Both the position numbers and the translations under genes were made by a program. A stretch of DNA of 64,000 nt from Desulfosudaceae bacterium (GTDB lineage: Bacteria; Desulfobacterota; Desulfobacteria; Desulfobacterales; Desulfosudaceae): the NCBI GenBank assembly GCA_963674745.2, contig CAXXDV010000003.1, positions 512,001-576,000 of the forward strand, written 5' to 3'. This document shows positions 1 through 10,077 of the stretch, in pieces (within the stretch, counting starts at the first letter, position 1; every line of letters starts with the position of its first letter). The notes below the pieces were generated by a model that was not told the DNA's origin, ran no database searches, and was given only the letters and a program-made list of their open reading frames with translations.

Positions 1-502
1 TAGAAGGTGATTCTCTAAGAAGTGTGTCCGTATTGTACACAACCGATCGGTCCGGAAACGGTAGGTTATCCATATCGGCCAGAGGGTAGAAGGCCGTCGG
101 GAACGGATCGTCCCGGTTGAAAATGTTTTTTGCGGGTTCAAAGCCGTTTTGAATATAATCAACTATGGCGTATTCTCCCTCACCGATGCAAATGGCGTCA
201 ATACTTGAATCCCGCAATGTCGACCAGTCAAAGGTCGGGCCGGGTCCGCCGATCAGGGATCTGGCGTTAACTGATTTTTTGACCAGTTTATCAAATGAAA
301 TATACAACGGAAGGGTCGCGGAAAACGAAGAATAACAGAGCAGATCCGGATCTATTGTTTTTATTTTTTCCAAAATTAGGGGAAATTTTCGTGAGCCGAT
401 AAAAAATAAGTGCGCACCCTTTCCCTTCAGGGCACCCGCCAGAGCGTAAATTCCATGATAGTCGTTATAAAGATTCAGAAGGTCAACAAAGACGATTTTC
501 AT
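1..502 (-). CDS. B12-binding domain radical SAM protein (runs off the window start)
   Basis: Manual translation from ATG at 502 (overlapping the upstream TGA): MKIVFVDLLN...LIGGPGPT...DAICIGEGE...DNLPFPDRS, typical N-terminal motifs of cobalamin-dependent radical SAM enzymes; not in the ORF track because it has no stop in the window. Confidence 0.8.
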   Translation of the reverse strand, partial: MKIVFVDLLNLYNDYHGIYALAGALKGKGAHLFFIGSRKFPLILEKIKTIDPDLLCYSSFSATLPLYISFDKLVKKSVNARSLIGGPGPTFDWSTLRDSSIDAICIGEGEYAIVDYIQNGFEPAKNIFNRDDPFPTAFYPLADMDNLPFPDRSVVYNTDTLLRESPS

Positions 503-2313
503 CAAGTATTCTTCCGGTAAATCGCCACCCCGAACCCCTTGCTTTCAAAAGGGATGGCGCCGATCACCTGTTTCAGGTGATAGTGTTGCTGTATCCAGTT
601 CATTAACCTTTTTCCGTAGTCCACCCCGAAAAACGGATGGCCGTAATCGGAAGCGTTCCGGCCGATAATTACGACATAGTCCACATTATTGGCGGACAGG
701 TCCTCGACCAGTTTGTCATAGCCGATGTATTGCAGCACGGGTGGCATGAAATTACAATATTTTAAGGGGTTTTCCCGGTCGGAAAAGAAATTGATGCCGA
801 TGCCTTCCGGAAACACGGCCACTGTCGCTTCCGGCCTGGTGTTGTGGCGCAGCCAGGCAATTGTTTCATGAACGGTTCGGGTCTGAACATTGTCGGGCCA
901 GATGAATGTGCCCTTTTCGGTGATCATTTTGGCGGTTCGTTTTTGATAATAGGCGTTGGCCCAGGTCCCGTAATCAACAGCCGGAAAAATCAGAAAGCCG
1001 ATAAAAACGGCATAAAGAAGGGGCCGTGGCGTCACGGGAAGGCGGCACAGAAGAAAATCACCGATTACCTTGAATACGATTAAATGGTAGCAGACCAACC
1101 CCACAACCACCAGGTAAAAGCCGTACAGCCCGGGGCCGTTTTTCAGCAGCACGCGAAAAGCCAGCAGCAGGGCGACCAGAAAAAGACAGAACAGTTGAAG
1201 GTGATACCCGTCCGCATTTTTTAAAAACTTCCGGCCGTAGTAGAAAATGCCCACTGCCAGAAACAATGGCAGGCAACGGTATTGAATGCCATACAGCAGG
1301 GCGGGGGTGAAAAGGAAGATCAACGCCAGGCCGGCAATGCCTGCCGGCAGAAAGGGCAGGGCCGTGGCGCCTGATTTAAAGAACCGGGCAATCCCTGCCG
1401 CACACAATCCGAGTAAGGAAAACAGCACAAGGGTAAGCAGTGACGACTTGCAGATTATCTTCAGACTTTTAAAGACATTTTCTGTCCCCATGACCATCTT
1501 CTGAAAAGAATCGTCCTTCATAAACAGGGCCGGGCCGATAACGGATTCTTTGAATCCACTCCAGGCATCGAAGTGACATATGAACAGGCCATAGCCGATG
1601 ATTCCTGCGATAACCGGGCTCGCCAGCGTCAGCCACAGTCTTAAGCGGCGCTGTCCCGGGTTTTTGACAGCCAGAAGCCCGCCGGTGAACATGAATCCCG
1701 TCCAGACCAGCAGCGGCTGATCGACCCGGCAGAACAGGGCCATGCTCAGGCAGGCAGCCCAGCCGTTCAGCATTGCCTGGCGGCCGGATTGAATAAACCG
1801 GAGAAAAAAGAAGACCGCATAAAGCGTAAACAAAAAAAACAGCGTGGAGGCGAAACTGTACGGCAGTATGAAGTTAAAGTTGTTGTTGCCGGTATAATGA
1901 CCGAAAGCAAACACCAGAAAGAAAATGATAACCGTCAGCACGGAAACAACCCGGTCAAGAAACAGACGGCTGATCAAATACAGGGCGGCCGCTGTCAGGA
2001 TGGTGATAACGACACCCAGCCCCACCAGGGTATGCTCATGTACCCCGAACAGTTTGAATAACAAGGCCTGGAAATAGGGCGGGAAAAAGCCGTATTCGTA
2101 AAACACATCGCGGTATAGGATGTGGCCGTCCAGGAGCTTCATGGGGATCCAGAACTCCCGAAAGGTATCGACGATCAGGTCTCCCCACTTCATCCATGTC
2201 CGGTTCAGCAGAAACAGAAAACAAGCGGACATGGCCGCCAGGGCGATAAGTGAATTTATATAATCAGATCTTTTTTTCAGCATGCTATTTGATCGGTTTT
2301 TTGTTTTTGTCAC
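502..2313 (-). CDS. Polytopic membrane protein, GT-C (ArnT/PMT-like) glycosyltransferase-like
   Basis: About 12 hydrophobic segments; N-terminal loop D..RE...LYRDVFYEYG.FPPY and soluble C-terminal domain; start may be ATG at 2283. Confidence 0.6.
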   Translation of the reverse strand: MTKTKNRSNSMLKKRSDYINSLIALAAMSACFLFLLNRTWMKWGDLIVDTFREFWIPMKLLDGHILYRDVFYEYGFFPPYFQALLFKLFGVHEHTLVGLGVVITILTAAALYLISRLFLDRVVSVLTVIIFFLVFAFGHYTGNNNFNFILPYSFASTLFFLFTLYAVFFFLRFIQSGRQAMLNGWAACLSMALFCRVDQPLLVWTGFMFTGGLLAVKNPGQRRLRLWLTLASPVIAGIIGYGLFICHFDAWSGFKESVIGPALFMKDDSFQKMVMGTENVFKSLKIICKSSLLTLVLFSLLGLCAAGIARFFKSGATALPFLPAGIAGLALIFLFTPALLYGIQYRCLPLFLAVGIFYYGRKFLKNADGYHLQLFCLFLVALLLAFRVLLKNGPGLYGFYLVVVGLVCYHLIVFKVIGDFLLCRLPVTPRPLLYAVFIGFLIFPAVDYGTWANAYYQKRTAKMITEKGTFIWPDNVQTRTVHETIAWLRHNTRPEATVAVFPEGIGINFFSDRENPLKYCNFMPPVLQYIGYDKLVEDLSANNVDYVVIIGRNASDYGHPFFGVDYGKRLMNWIQQHYHLKQVIGAIPFESKGFGVAIYRKNT

Positions 2314-2386
2314 ACCGGCCGACCTGGATCCCGGAGGACCGATTCAAACCCCGAACCCCGAACCTTGAACCCCGAACTCCCTGTAC

Positions 2387-2508
2387 GGGCGACCGGCGGG
2401 TCGCCCCTACGGACCGTGGCGGGTGTCCATGAATAATGTAGGGGCAGGCCCCCGTGCCTGCCCGGTGAAGGGCACCCACAGGGGGGTGCCCCTACATGCG
2501 CAAAAAAC
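2387..2508. repeat. Composite GTAG-REP cassette (three hairpins), copy 1
   Basis: About 120 bp near-identical to 4816-4937 and 13091-13212; flanked by (T/C)GAACCC/CGCACCC heptamer runs. Confidence 0.9.
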
Positions 2509-2565
2509 CCCGCACCCCGCACCCCGCACATTGAACCCTGAACCCCGCACCTTGAACCTCAAACC

Positions 2566-3768
2566 TCAATTCTTTTCAATAAATTTCTCCAGTACATCCA
2601 GCAGATACTGCATCTCGTCCAGGCCCAGGCCGTCATGAACGCCTACGTGAAGGCCGTTGCCACCGGCATACTCGGCATGGGGAAAATCCCCCGGCCGGTG
2701 GCCGCAAAATTTGAAACTGGCGCATTGGGTCGGCATGGCTTCAAACAGGGTCCGGGTTTCGATACCGTTTTCTTCAAGGTACTGCATCAGGTCGTTTCTG
2801 GAAAACCCGGCCGCCCGGCCCACGATGATGGGAATGGCATGGGGCCCGATCCGTTCATCCGGCTGCTCCTTAATCGTGGCCAGCAGGGGCGAAAACCGGT
2901 CAAACCGATCCAGCACATACATCAGGTTGGCCCGCCGTTTTTCAAGAATGTCAGGGTAGGCTTCAATCGTTCCCAGCCCCACAGCAGCTTCCAGTTCGTT
3001 CATCTTGCTGGAAAACCCCACCCGGCGGGTGATAAAACGGATGTCCGTTCCGTCCTTGAAGCGATCCGGGCAGTATCCGGAGGAAACATTAAGCTGGCAG
3101 ATGCGGCAGTCACAGGCCCGGCCGTGGGACCTTAAAGACCTCAGGATCCGGGCCAAAGATTCGTCGTTGGTGGTCACGATGCCGCCTTCACCCGTACTGA
3201 CCAGGTGGGCCACATACAGGCTGAACGCCCCCATATCGCCCATGGATCCGGCAGCCTGCCCTTTGTAAAGGGTGCCATGGGCCTCGGCGGCGTCTTCAAT
3301 TACACGAAGGGAATGCCGCCCGGCAATATCCCTGACCTTATCCATATCGGCCGGTTTTCCCATCAGGTGGACCGGCATGATGGCGCGGGTTTTTTTTGTA
3401 ATGGCCGCTTCGATTTTATCCGGATCGATGTTCAACGTGTCCGGATCGATATCGACGAAAACCGGTGAAAAACCGGCATGCAAAACGGCGTGACCGGTGG
3501 CGACAAACGACAGGGCCGGAATAATGACCTGGTCGCCTCTGTGCGCGCCGAAATCATAAAGGGTTGCCATGGCCAGGGTGTCGGCGTCTGTTCCACTTGC
3601 AACGGCAACTGCCTCTTTGACGCCGATCAGTTCCGCGAAACGGTCTTCAAACTCCCGTACCAGCTTACCGTTACTGATTCTGCCGGTGTCAAGGACTTCG
3701 GCGATCAGGCGTTTTGATGTGTCCTGAATGGTTATATTACCGAAAGGCAGGTGCTTGCCGGGTTTCAT
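2566..3768 (-). CDS. DegT/DnrJ/EryC1/StrS family PLP/PMP enzyme, ColD/RfbH-like sugar 3-dehydratase type
   Basis: MPVHLMG, IEDAAEAHG, FSLYVAHLVSTGEGG (His at the usual Lys position), RACDC motif. Confidence 0.85.
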   Translation of the reverse strand: MKPGKHLPFGNITIQDTSKRLIAEVLDTGRISNGKLVREFEDRFAELIGVKEAVAVASGTDADTLAMATLYDFGAHRGDQVIIPALSFVATGHAVLHAGFSPVFVDIDPDTLNIDPDKIEAAITKKTRAIMPVHLMGKPADMDKVRDIAGRHSLRVIEDAAEAHGTLYKGQAAGSMGDMGAFSLYVAHLVSTGEGGIVTTNDESLARILRSLRSHGRACDCRICQLNVSSGYCPDRFKDGTDIRFITRRVGFSSKMNELEAAVGLGTIEAYPDILEKRRANLMYVLDRFDRFSPLLATIKEQPDERIGPHAIPIIVGRAAGFSRNDLMQYLEENGIETRTLFEAMPTQCASFKFCGHRPGDFPHAEYAGGNGLHVGVHDGLGLDEMQYLLDVLEKFIEKN

Positions 3769-3815
3769 TCGTATGACTCCATGTGTTTTATTGAACAGTA
3801 ATGACGGGTAATTAA

Positions 3816-3956
3816 GGGCATCTCTAAAAATTAGAATTTTGGTTCGAGGTCAAGGCGTGCGAGAATTTTAACCACAGGAATACTTGAAGTATTTCGAGGA
3901 TTAAAATTTGAGCACAACGCCGACATCGGGCCAAAAGGCAATTTTTAGAGGTGCCC
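3816..3956. mobile_element. MITE (141 bp) with 17-bp terminal inverted repeats, flanked by TTAA
   Basis: GGGCATCTCTAAAAATT (3816-3832) / AATTTTTAGAGGTGCCC (3940-3956), 16/17 complementary; TTAA at 3812-3815 and 3957-3960; no ORF. Confidence 0.8.
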
Positions 3957-4062
3957 TTAACCTAATAAACGTCATCCGGGGGAAGGTTGTCAAGTGCTTG
4001 AATCGGGCCGAAGACCTGAAAAAGACGCGATTTTTTTGGTGAACACGGAAAATGAATTTTTC

Positions 4063-4091
4063 TTGACGGATGATTTATTAAAGATTATAAT
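4063..4091 (+). promoter_or_regulatory. Sigma70 promoter
   Basis: TTGACG-17 nt-TATAAT upstream of the CDS at 4170. Confidence 0.7.
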
Positions 4092-4169
4092 ATATTATAA
4101 CTTAATCCGGTTGTGCCCGTCTTTTGCGCGGGTTTTTTTTATGAAACTGATTTGATAATTTGGTGAAGA

Positions 4170-4700
4170 ATGACTGGAAAAACCACTAAAGCCAGATCCA
4201 GAAAGGCTGAAAAAAATATTCCGTTTGATCTCGACCACACTTTTTCGGGAAAAAAGAAGAAACGCGCGAAGCCTGAAGAAAAAGCTGTTGAGCCGGAATG
4301 CCTGCCCGCCAATAACACCAAAAGACTCTGGAAACGCTATGCCTTAAAGCAAGGCGCCTTTGTCATGATCTATCGATCTTCGAAGATGAAACTGGGCAAG
4401 CCCGTAATGGTCAAGTTGGGCCCGATAAAAGATATCAGCATGAGAGGGCTGGCCGTTCAGTATGTGGACCATAAAAACATCCTGCGCGATATTGACGAGA
4501 TCGCCATTGCCCTGTCTGACGGCACGGTGGTGTTGGATAAAATCAAATTCAGGCCGATCAGGGATTTTGAAGTCGGGCGGATGCCGAGGCTCGGAACCAT
4601 CCGTACACTGTGCATTAACTTTCACAACCTGCTGCCGGCCCAGAAAGTCCACCTCGAGCGGTTTATCGACGAGCATGCCTGTGAAATGGCGCTGGATTAG
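4170..4700 (+). CDS. PilZ domain protein (putative c-di-GMP receptor)
   Basis: RLWKR (RxxxR) and DISMRG (DxSxxG) motifs. Confidence 0.7.
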   Translation: MTGKTTKARSRKAEKNIPFDLDHTFSGKKKKRAKPEEKAVEPECLPANNTKRLWKRYALKQGAFVMIYRSSKMKLGKPVMVKLGPIKDISMRGLAVQYVDHKNILRDIDEIAIALSDGTVVLDKIKFRPIRDFEVGRMPRLGTIRTLCINFHNLLPAQKVHLERFIDEHACEMALD

Positions 4701-4815
4701 CCCGGGGCTTTTTCTATCCGTCGCTCAATGGTTTCCTGTGAGATTCCTCTGTTTTTAATATGTGATCTCGATAATAGCCCCCGGCCGCCCCTACGTCCGT
4801 GGCATCCGTGTGAGA

Positions 4816-4937
4816 GGGCGACCGGCGGGTCGCCCCTACGGACCGTGGCGGGTGTCTATGAATAATGTAGGGGCAGGCCCCCGTGCCTGCCCGGTGAAGG
4901 GCACCCACAGGGGGGTGCCCCTACATGCGCAAAAAAC
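4816..4937. repeat. Composite GTAG-REP cassette, copy 2
   Basis: Near-identical to 2387-2508; followed by a TGAACC(C/T) heptamer run to about 5003. Confidence 0.9.
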
Positions 4938-5093
4938 CTCGCCCTCCGCCCTCCGCACCCTGAACCCTGAACCCTGAATTTTGAACCTTGAACCTTGAAC
5001 CCCAAATATGATAGAAAAAGCGTAAAATATGGATCGGGGTTTTGCCTGAATCCGGTAACCGTGTAATACCTGTTGTAATGCGGAGGCAAAGGA

Positions 5094-5942
5094 ATGAAGT
5101 ATATCGGCGCCCATGTCAGCATAGCGGGTGGCGTGGAAAACGCCCCCCTGAATGCAAGCCGGATAGGGGCCCGGGCCTTCGCCCTGTTTACAAAAAACCA
5201 GCGCCAATGGAAGACCAGGCCTTTAAGTGAGGCATCAATCAAGGCCTTTCGAAAAAACTGCGACGATCATGGCTTTCTTCCGGCCCATATTCTTCCCCAT
5301 GACGGATACCTCATCAACCTCGGGCATCCGGACAAAGACGGCCTGCACAAATCAAGAACGGCCTTTGTCGATGAAATGTCCCGCTGCCGGCAACTGGGGC
5401 TGTGTTATCTGAATTTTCACCCCGGCAGTCATCTGGGACGAATGAACGATAACGACTGTTTGGATCGAATTGCCGAATCTGTTAATATGGCCCTTGATGA
5501 AACCGAAGGCGTGACGGCCGTTATTGAGAACACGGCCGGACAGGGAAATAATGTGGGCTTCAGGTTTGAGCATATGGCCCGTATGATAGACGCCGTGGAG
5601 GATAAATCGCGGATCGGTGTCTGCCTGGATACCTGCCACGCCTTTGCCGCCGGTTATGATTTGCGGACCCGTAAGGCCTATGAGCAAACGATGACGGATT
5701 TTGATAACATTATTGGATTTACATTTTTAAAAGGCGTTCACTTAAATGACGCCAGGGTTGATTTTGACAGCCGGGTCGACCGGCATGAAAGCCTCGGTGC
5801 CGGATCCCTCGGGCTGGCGCCTTTTCGTTTTCTGATGAACGATGCCCGGTTTGATGATATCCCCATGATTCTTGAGACGAAAAACAGTGATATCTGGGCG
5901 GAGGAGGTCGCATTACTTTATAGTTTTGAAAAACAGGATTGA
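5094..5942 (+). CDS. nfo: Endonuclease IV
   Basis: [51 protein letters not shown] motifs. Confidence 0.96.
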   Translation: MKYIGAHVSIAGGVENAPLNASRIGARAFALFTKNQRQWKTRPLSEASIKAFRKNCDDHGFLPAHILPHDGYLINLGHPDKDGLHKSRTAFVDEMSRCRQLGLCYLNFHPGSHLGRMNDNDCLDRIAESVNMALDETEGVTAVIENTAGQGNNVGFRFEHMARMIDAVEDKSRIGVCLDTCHAFAAGYDLRTRKAYEQTMTDFDNIIGFTFLKGVHLNDARVDFDSRVDRHESLGAGSLGLAPFRFLMNDARFDDIPMILETKNSDIWAEEVALLYSFEKQD

Positions 5943-5958
5943 GGTTTGAGGTGCAAGG

Positions 5959-6025
5959 GTAGGGGCGACCCGCCGGTCGCCCCTACACGGTTGCCACGGG
6001 CGTAGGGGCGACCGGCGGGTCGCCC
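5959..6025. repeat. Pair of GTAG-REP hairpins
   Basis: GTAGGGGCGACCCGCCGGTCGCCCCTAC and GTAGGGGCGACCGGCGGGTCGCCC. Confidence 0.85.
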
Positions 6026-6078
6026 TCTCACACGGTTGGTATTTTGAATTGTCAAGACGTTGAGATGTTGAGGCCATT

Positions 6079-6426
6079 TTGAAAGAAAGCGAGACAGGCG
6101 AAGCCACAGGCCGGGAAAGACGAACTGAAGCCCGGGAAATTATAAACGAATTTTACAGTGTTCAGTTTTTTGTCAAACACCTGGACGCTCTGTTTCAGTT
6201 CGTTCTGTGGGATATCTCACCCAACGGCATGTGCATCCTGATCGATAATGACTCGGAGGCCTTATACCATCTGGCAGTAGGGGATGTGTTTAAAATTAAA
6301 TATTATCCCCGGGACCTGTATGGGGAAACCATGATATGCAGAACAGAAATAAGGCATATCACCAAAGGCAGTGGCACCCGGTTTACAGATTACCATATGG
6401 TCGGACTGAAAATACTGGGAAGGTAA
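6079..6426 (+). CDS. PilZ domain protein
   Basis: RTEAR (RxxxR) and DISPNG motifs; C-terminal beta-strand pattern ending VGLKI. Confidence 0.7.
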   Translation: MKESETGEATGRERRTEAREIINEFYSVQFFVKHLDALFQFVLWDISPNGMCILIDNDSEALYHLAVGDVFKIKYYPRDLYGETMICRTEIRHITKGSGTRFTDYHMVGLKILGR

Positions 6427-6474
6427 GGCTTGAGCAACGTTTGCAGGGAGTCGGACATAATTAGGGGGGAGATT

Positions 6475-7317
6475 ATGGGCGTTTTAGACAATAAAAAGGC
6501 AATTGTGACCGGCGGCGCCATGGGGATCGGGCGGGCCACGGCCAGGTGCTTGCTGGAAGAAGGCTGTGACGTCACGATCTGGGATATGAATCAGGAAATG
6601 CTGGCGGCGACCGCGGCGGAGCTGAGCTCCCTTAACCGCGGAGCGGTTTACGCTCATCAGTGTGACGTTACGGACCGGGAGCGGGTGCTTACCCTGGCCG
6701 AAACAGCCGAGCAGGAAATGGGGCGGGTTGATATATTGATCAACAACGCCGGCATCGAAAAACACGGCCGGTTCTGCGAGGTGCCGCTGGAAGTCTGGGA
6801 ACAGGAGACGGCCGTCAATCTTTATGCCATATATTACACGACTCACGCCATTCTGCCCGGCATGTATCGCAGAAATGAAGGGCACATTGTCAACATCTCT
6901 TCGGCGGCCGGTTTGATCGGGGTCGCGGATCTGGCGGTTTATGCCGCCACCAAGTGGGCGGTATTCGGGTTCACCGAGTCGTTGCGGGCCGAGGCGGCCA
7001 TGGACAAGAAAAATGTTTTGTTTACGTCGATTCATCCGCATTTTGTCAAGGAAGGGTTGTTCTCCGGCGGACGGCTCAATTTTCTGGGTGAATTGCTGGT
7101 GCCGCGCATCCGGACACATGAGGTCGTGGCCCGGGCCATTATTAAAAAAGCCCTGAAAAAGAAACAAAACACCGTCAAGATTCCAATAACACTTCATCTG
7201 GGCGTATTTTTCCGGGGTATACTGCCGGATCGCTTGCTGCAGATGATGACCGTTCGGATGATGGGGGTTGGCAACTGCACGGAAAACATGGTCGGATACG
7301 AAGATGAACAAAAATAA
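6475..7317 (+). CDS. Short-chain dehydrogenase/reductase
   Basis: TGGAMGIG, NNAG, YAATK motifs; GGGGGA RBS before ATG 6475. Confidence 0.92.
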   Translation: MGVLDNKKAIVTGGAMGIGRATARCLLEEGCDVTIWDMNQEMLAATAAELSSLNRGAVYAHQCDVTDRERVLTLAETAEQEMGRVDILINNAGIEKHGRFCEVPLEVWEQETAVNLYAIYYTTHAILPGMYRRNEGHIVNISSAAGLIGVADLAVYAATKWAVFGFTESLRAEAAMDKKNVLFTSIHPHFVKEGLFSGGRLNFLGELLVPRIRTHEVVARAIIKKALKKKQNTVKIPITLHLGVFFRGILPDRLLQMMTVRMMGVGNCTENMVGYEDEQK

Positions 7318-7891
7318 CGTTAAATGTGACAATCAGATGAGACAGCCCGGGAAATGCCGCAGTCTTACCGCGCTGTGGGTTTTTATTTTTTGTGCCGGGT
7401 TGGTGCTGCCGGCCGGCCCTGGTGCAATCCCTGCTCTGGCAGGTGATTGTAAGGTGGGCGTTATCGATACCGCCATGATCGTCTTAAAGTCCAAATATGG
7501 CGAGGAGATCAGGGCCGGTTTCGCCGAGCATATGGAAGATCAGCGCCAGGCGCTTGAAAAAAAACGGGTAAAAGCGGAAAGGAAGAAAAAAAGGCTCATT
7601 CAGGCAAAAAAGGACGGTAAAAGTGAGAAGGCGCTTGAAGAGCTGAAAAAAGATCTGGAGAAAGACATCAAGGAATTGGCCTTGATGAAAGAGAATATGG
7701 ATAATACGTTGGTGAAAATGGATAAAACCCTTCAGACCAAAATGAAAAAACGGGTTCACATTGTTCTGGATCAGTTTGTCGCTGCCACGGATTATTGTAT
7801 TGTCATTGAGAAACATCGCGTTGCCGCTTTTTCCGAAAAGGTCGACGTAACCGATGTGTTCATTAAATGGATGGACAGCTACAAGGAATGA
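7304..7891 (+). CDS. OmpH/Skp periplasmic chaperone
   Basis: Signal peptide, KVGVID, long coiled coil, terminal DVTD.FIK; start uncertain (7304 or 7337). Confidence 0.75.
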   Translation: MNKNNVKCDNQMRQPGKCRSLTALWVFIFCAGLVLPAGPGAIPALAGDCKVGVIDTAMIVLKSKYGEEIRAGFAEHMEDQRQALEKKRVKAERKKKRLIQAKKDGKSEKALEELKKDLEKDIKELALMKENMDNTLVKMDKTLQTKMKKRVHIVLDQFVAATDYCIVIEKHRVAAFSEKVDVTDVFIKWMDSYKE

Positions 7892-8652
7892 TCCGGCCAC
7901 TGCTTGCGGCCTTTCCGGTTCATCTTTTTCCGCTCCCGCTTCCAGTCCGCGTCTTTTTTCTTCTTTTTCCCCGGGCTGTTTGAACTGCCGGGTTCCGGCC
8001 GGGGCGGAAGGAATGTCCCGGCCCGGTTCTGTGTGCCCTCAAGCGGTTGATCGGCCGGCGGATTAGCCCGTTTTGGCGTCTGTTTTTTCTCTCTTTCTTT
8101 GGGCAACGCCGGCCCGGTAAAGCCGTCCGCCGGTATGTAATCCGCCAGAAAAAGATTCTCGCCGACTTGATAGAATACGGCCCCTTGTGCTTCCGCTTTT
8201 TCCGTGTGGACTGTCAGCGTGACCGGATTTTCTGTTTTACGGCGCCCGATTTTTTCGGCCAGTTCGGGGTCGGCAAACAATATCACCCGGCTGTGGGATG
8301 ACGGGGAAATGCCTTTCTGGCGCACATGGGGATAAGCCTTCTGCCGGACATACGTAAAAAGACATTTCGGGGGCGCCTGGCAAAAAACAGGCTGCGGCAG
8401 TTCCTGCCATTGCCTCGAACGGATGTCGTTCCCGCTGATTTCAAAAGGCACCTCGGGCAGGGTGATGGCCAGTTCGTTCAGGGTGGCAGTTCGGACATGG
8501 CGCCACCCGTCTTCATCATGCAGTGCCTGCAGAAGATCTTTGGTTTTGACAAAACCGTTCTCATCCGGGATCAGCCCGAACTCGCCGGGTGCTTTCCCCA
8601 GCATATAGGCAATGACTTTTGAAAGCCGTTTATTCTGTTTCTGATCAGCCAT
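7879..8652 (-). CDS. RNA 2'-phosphotransferase (KptA/Tpt1) family protein with degenerate active site
   Basis: SK...YML..P..FGL..DENGFV, PP..L, A.KIGRR...PV.LTV, FYQ....FLADYIP align with the KptA layout, but catalytic motifs are replaced. Confidence 0.75.
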   Translation of the reverse strand: MADQKQNKRLSKVIAYMLGKAPGEFGLIPDENGFVKTKDLLQALHDEDGWRHVRTATLNELAITLPEVPFEISGNDIRSRQWQELPQPVFCQAPPKCLFTYVRQKAYPHVRQKGISPSSHSRVILFADPELAEKIGRRKTENPVTLTVHTEKAEAQGAVFYQVGENLFLADYIPADGFTGPALPKEREKKQTPKRANPPADQPLEGTQNRAGTFLPPRPEPGSSNSPGKKKKKDADWKRERKKMNRKGRKQWPDHSL

Positions 8653-8776
8653 GACCGATTTCCAAAGCCTTCAGTTTTTACAGAGGCCGTCCGATATCCT
8701 TGACCGCCATGCGGTTTTTCTGCTATCTGTAAGCCTGTAGAACAATCATGTCAAGTCGTAAAGGGGGAAAAGAAAG

Positions 8777-10060
8777 ATGAAAAGACAAGCGTCTGAAGCA
8801 TTATTTGAAAAAGCGGTCAAGCTGATTCCGGGTGGCGTCAACAGTCCCGTCCGGTCATGCAAGTCGGTCGGTGGCCGGCCGTTATTTATCAACGGGGCAA
8901 AAGGCGCTGAGATTGTCGATGCGGATGGCAATTCTTATATTGATTATATCGGTTCCTGGGGGCCTATGATCGTCGGCCACAATCATCCCCAGGTGCTGGC
9001 CGGCGTCGAGGCCGCCCTGAGCCGGGGCATGAGTTTCGGCGCGCCCACGGATCTTGAAGTGGAACTGGCCGAAATGGTTGTTGCGGCCGTGCCGTCGATT
9101 GAAATGGTGCGTATGGTCAATTCCGGCACCGAAGCCACCATGAGTGCGGTCCGGCTGGCCCGGGGCGTTACCGGCCGCGATGTGATCGTCAAATTTGACG
9201 GCTGTTATCACGGTCATGCCGACACCCTGCTGGTCAGCGCCGGATCCGGAGTGGCCACCCAGGGCATTCCCGGAAGCCCGGGTATCCCCGCAGATGTCAT
9301 TAAAAACACCCTTTCCCTTCCCTATAATGATGCAAAAGCCGTCACCCGGTTGTTTGCCGAACGCGGTCATACCATTGCCGCCGTGATTGTCGAACCGGTG
9401 GTCGGTAATATGGGGCTGGTGACCCCGGCGGCCGGTTTTCTGGAAACCCTGCGGCAGGAAACCCGTCAACACGGCAGCCTGCTGATATTTGACGAAGTCA
9501 TGTCCGGCTTCCGGGTGGCCTACGGCGGCGCCCAGGAAAGATTCGGCATCATGCCGGATATCACCTGCCTGGGCAAGGTGATCGGCGGCGGTATGCCGGT
9601 CGGGGCCTACGGGGCCGGGAAAGACATTATGCGGCATATTGCGCCGGAAGGCGATATTTACCAGGCCGGGACCCTGTCCGGAAACCCGGTGGCCATGGCC
9701 GCCGGCATCGCCTGCCTGAAATTGCTGCAGCAGCCCGGTGTGTATGACGAGCTGGAAAATATGTCCCGTATCCTGATAACAGGCCTCAAACGGGTCGCTG
9801 ACGAGGCCGGCATTCCGGTTCAGGTAGACTGTTGCGGTGCTATGCTGGGCATGTTTTTTTCCGATCAGCCGGTAACCGATTTCAAAAGCGCCAAAAAGAG
9901 CGACCTTGATCGCTTTGCCGCCTATTACCGTGGTATGCTCGAGCGGGGTATCTTTTTAGCGCCGTCCCAGTTTGAGGCCTTTTTTATTTCCACGGCCCAC
10001 ACCAGGGTGGACATAGACAAGACCCTGGACGCGGCAAAAGCGGTCATGGCCGGATTGTAG
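8777..10060 (+). CDS. hemL: Glutamate-1-semialdehyde 2,1-aminomutase
   Basis: PGGVNSPVR, NSGTEATM, FDEVMSGFR, LGKVIGGGMP, YQAGTLSGNP. Confidence 0.97.
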   Translation: MKRQASEALFEKAVKLIPGGVNSPVRSCKSVGGRPLFINGAKGAEIVDADGNSYIDYIGSWGPMIVGHNHPQVLAGVEAALSRGMSFGAPTDLEVELAEMVVAAVPSIEMVRMVNSGTEATMSAVRLARGVTGRDVIVKFDGCYHGHADTLLVSAGSGVATQGIPGSPGIPADVIKNTLSLPYNDAKAVTRLFAERGHTIAAVIVEPVVGNMGLVTPAAGFLETLRQETRQHGSLLIFDEVMSGFRVAYGGAQERFGIMPDITCLGKVIGGGMPVGAYGAGKDIMRHIAPEGDIYQAGTLSGNPVAMAAGIACLKLLQQPGVYDELENMSRILITGLKRVADEAGIPVQVDCCGAMLGMFFSDQPVTDFKSAKKSDLDRFAAYYRGMLERGIFLAPSQFEAFFISTAHTRVDIDKTLDAAKAVMAGL

Positions 10061-10077
10061 GGGGCATGGCTGGAATT

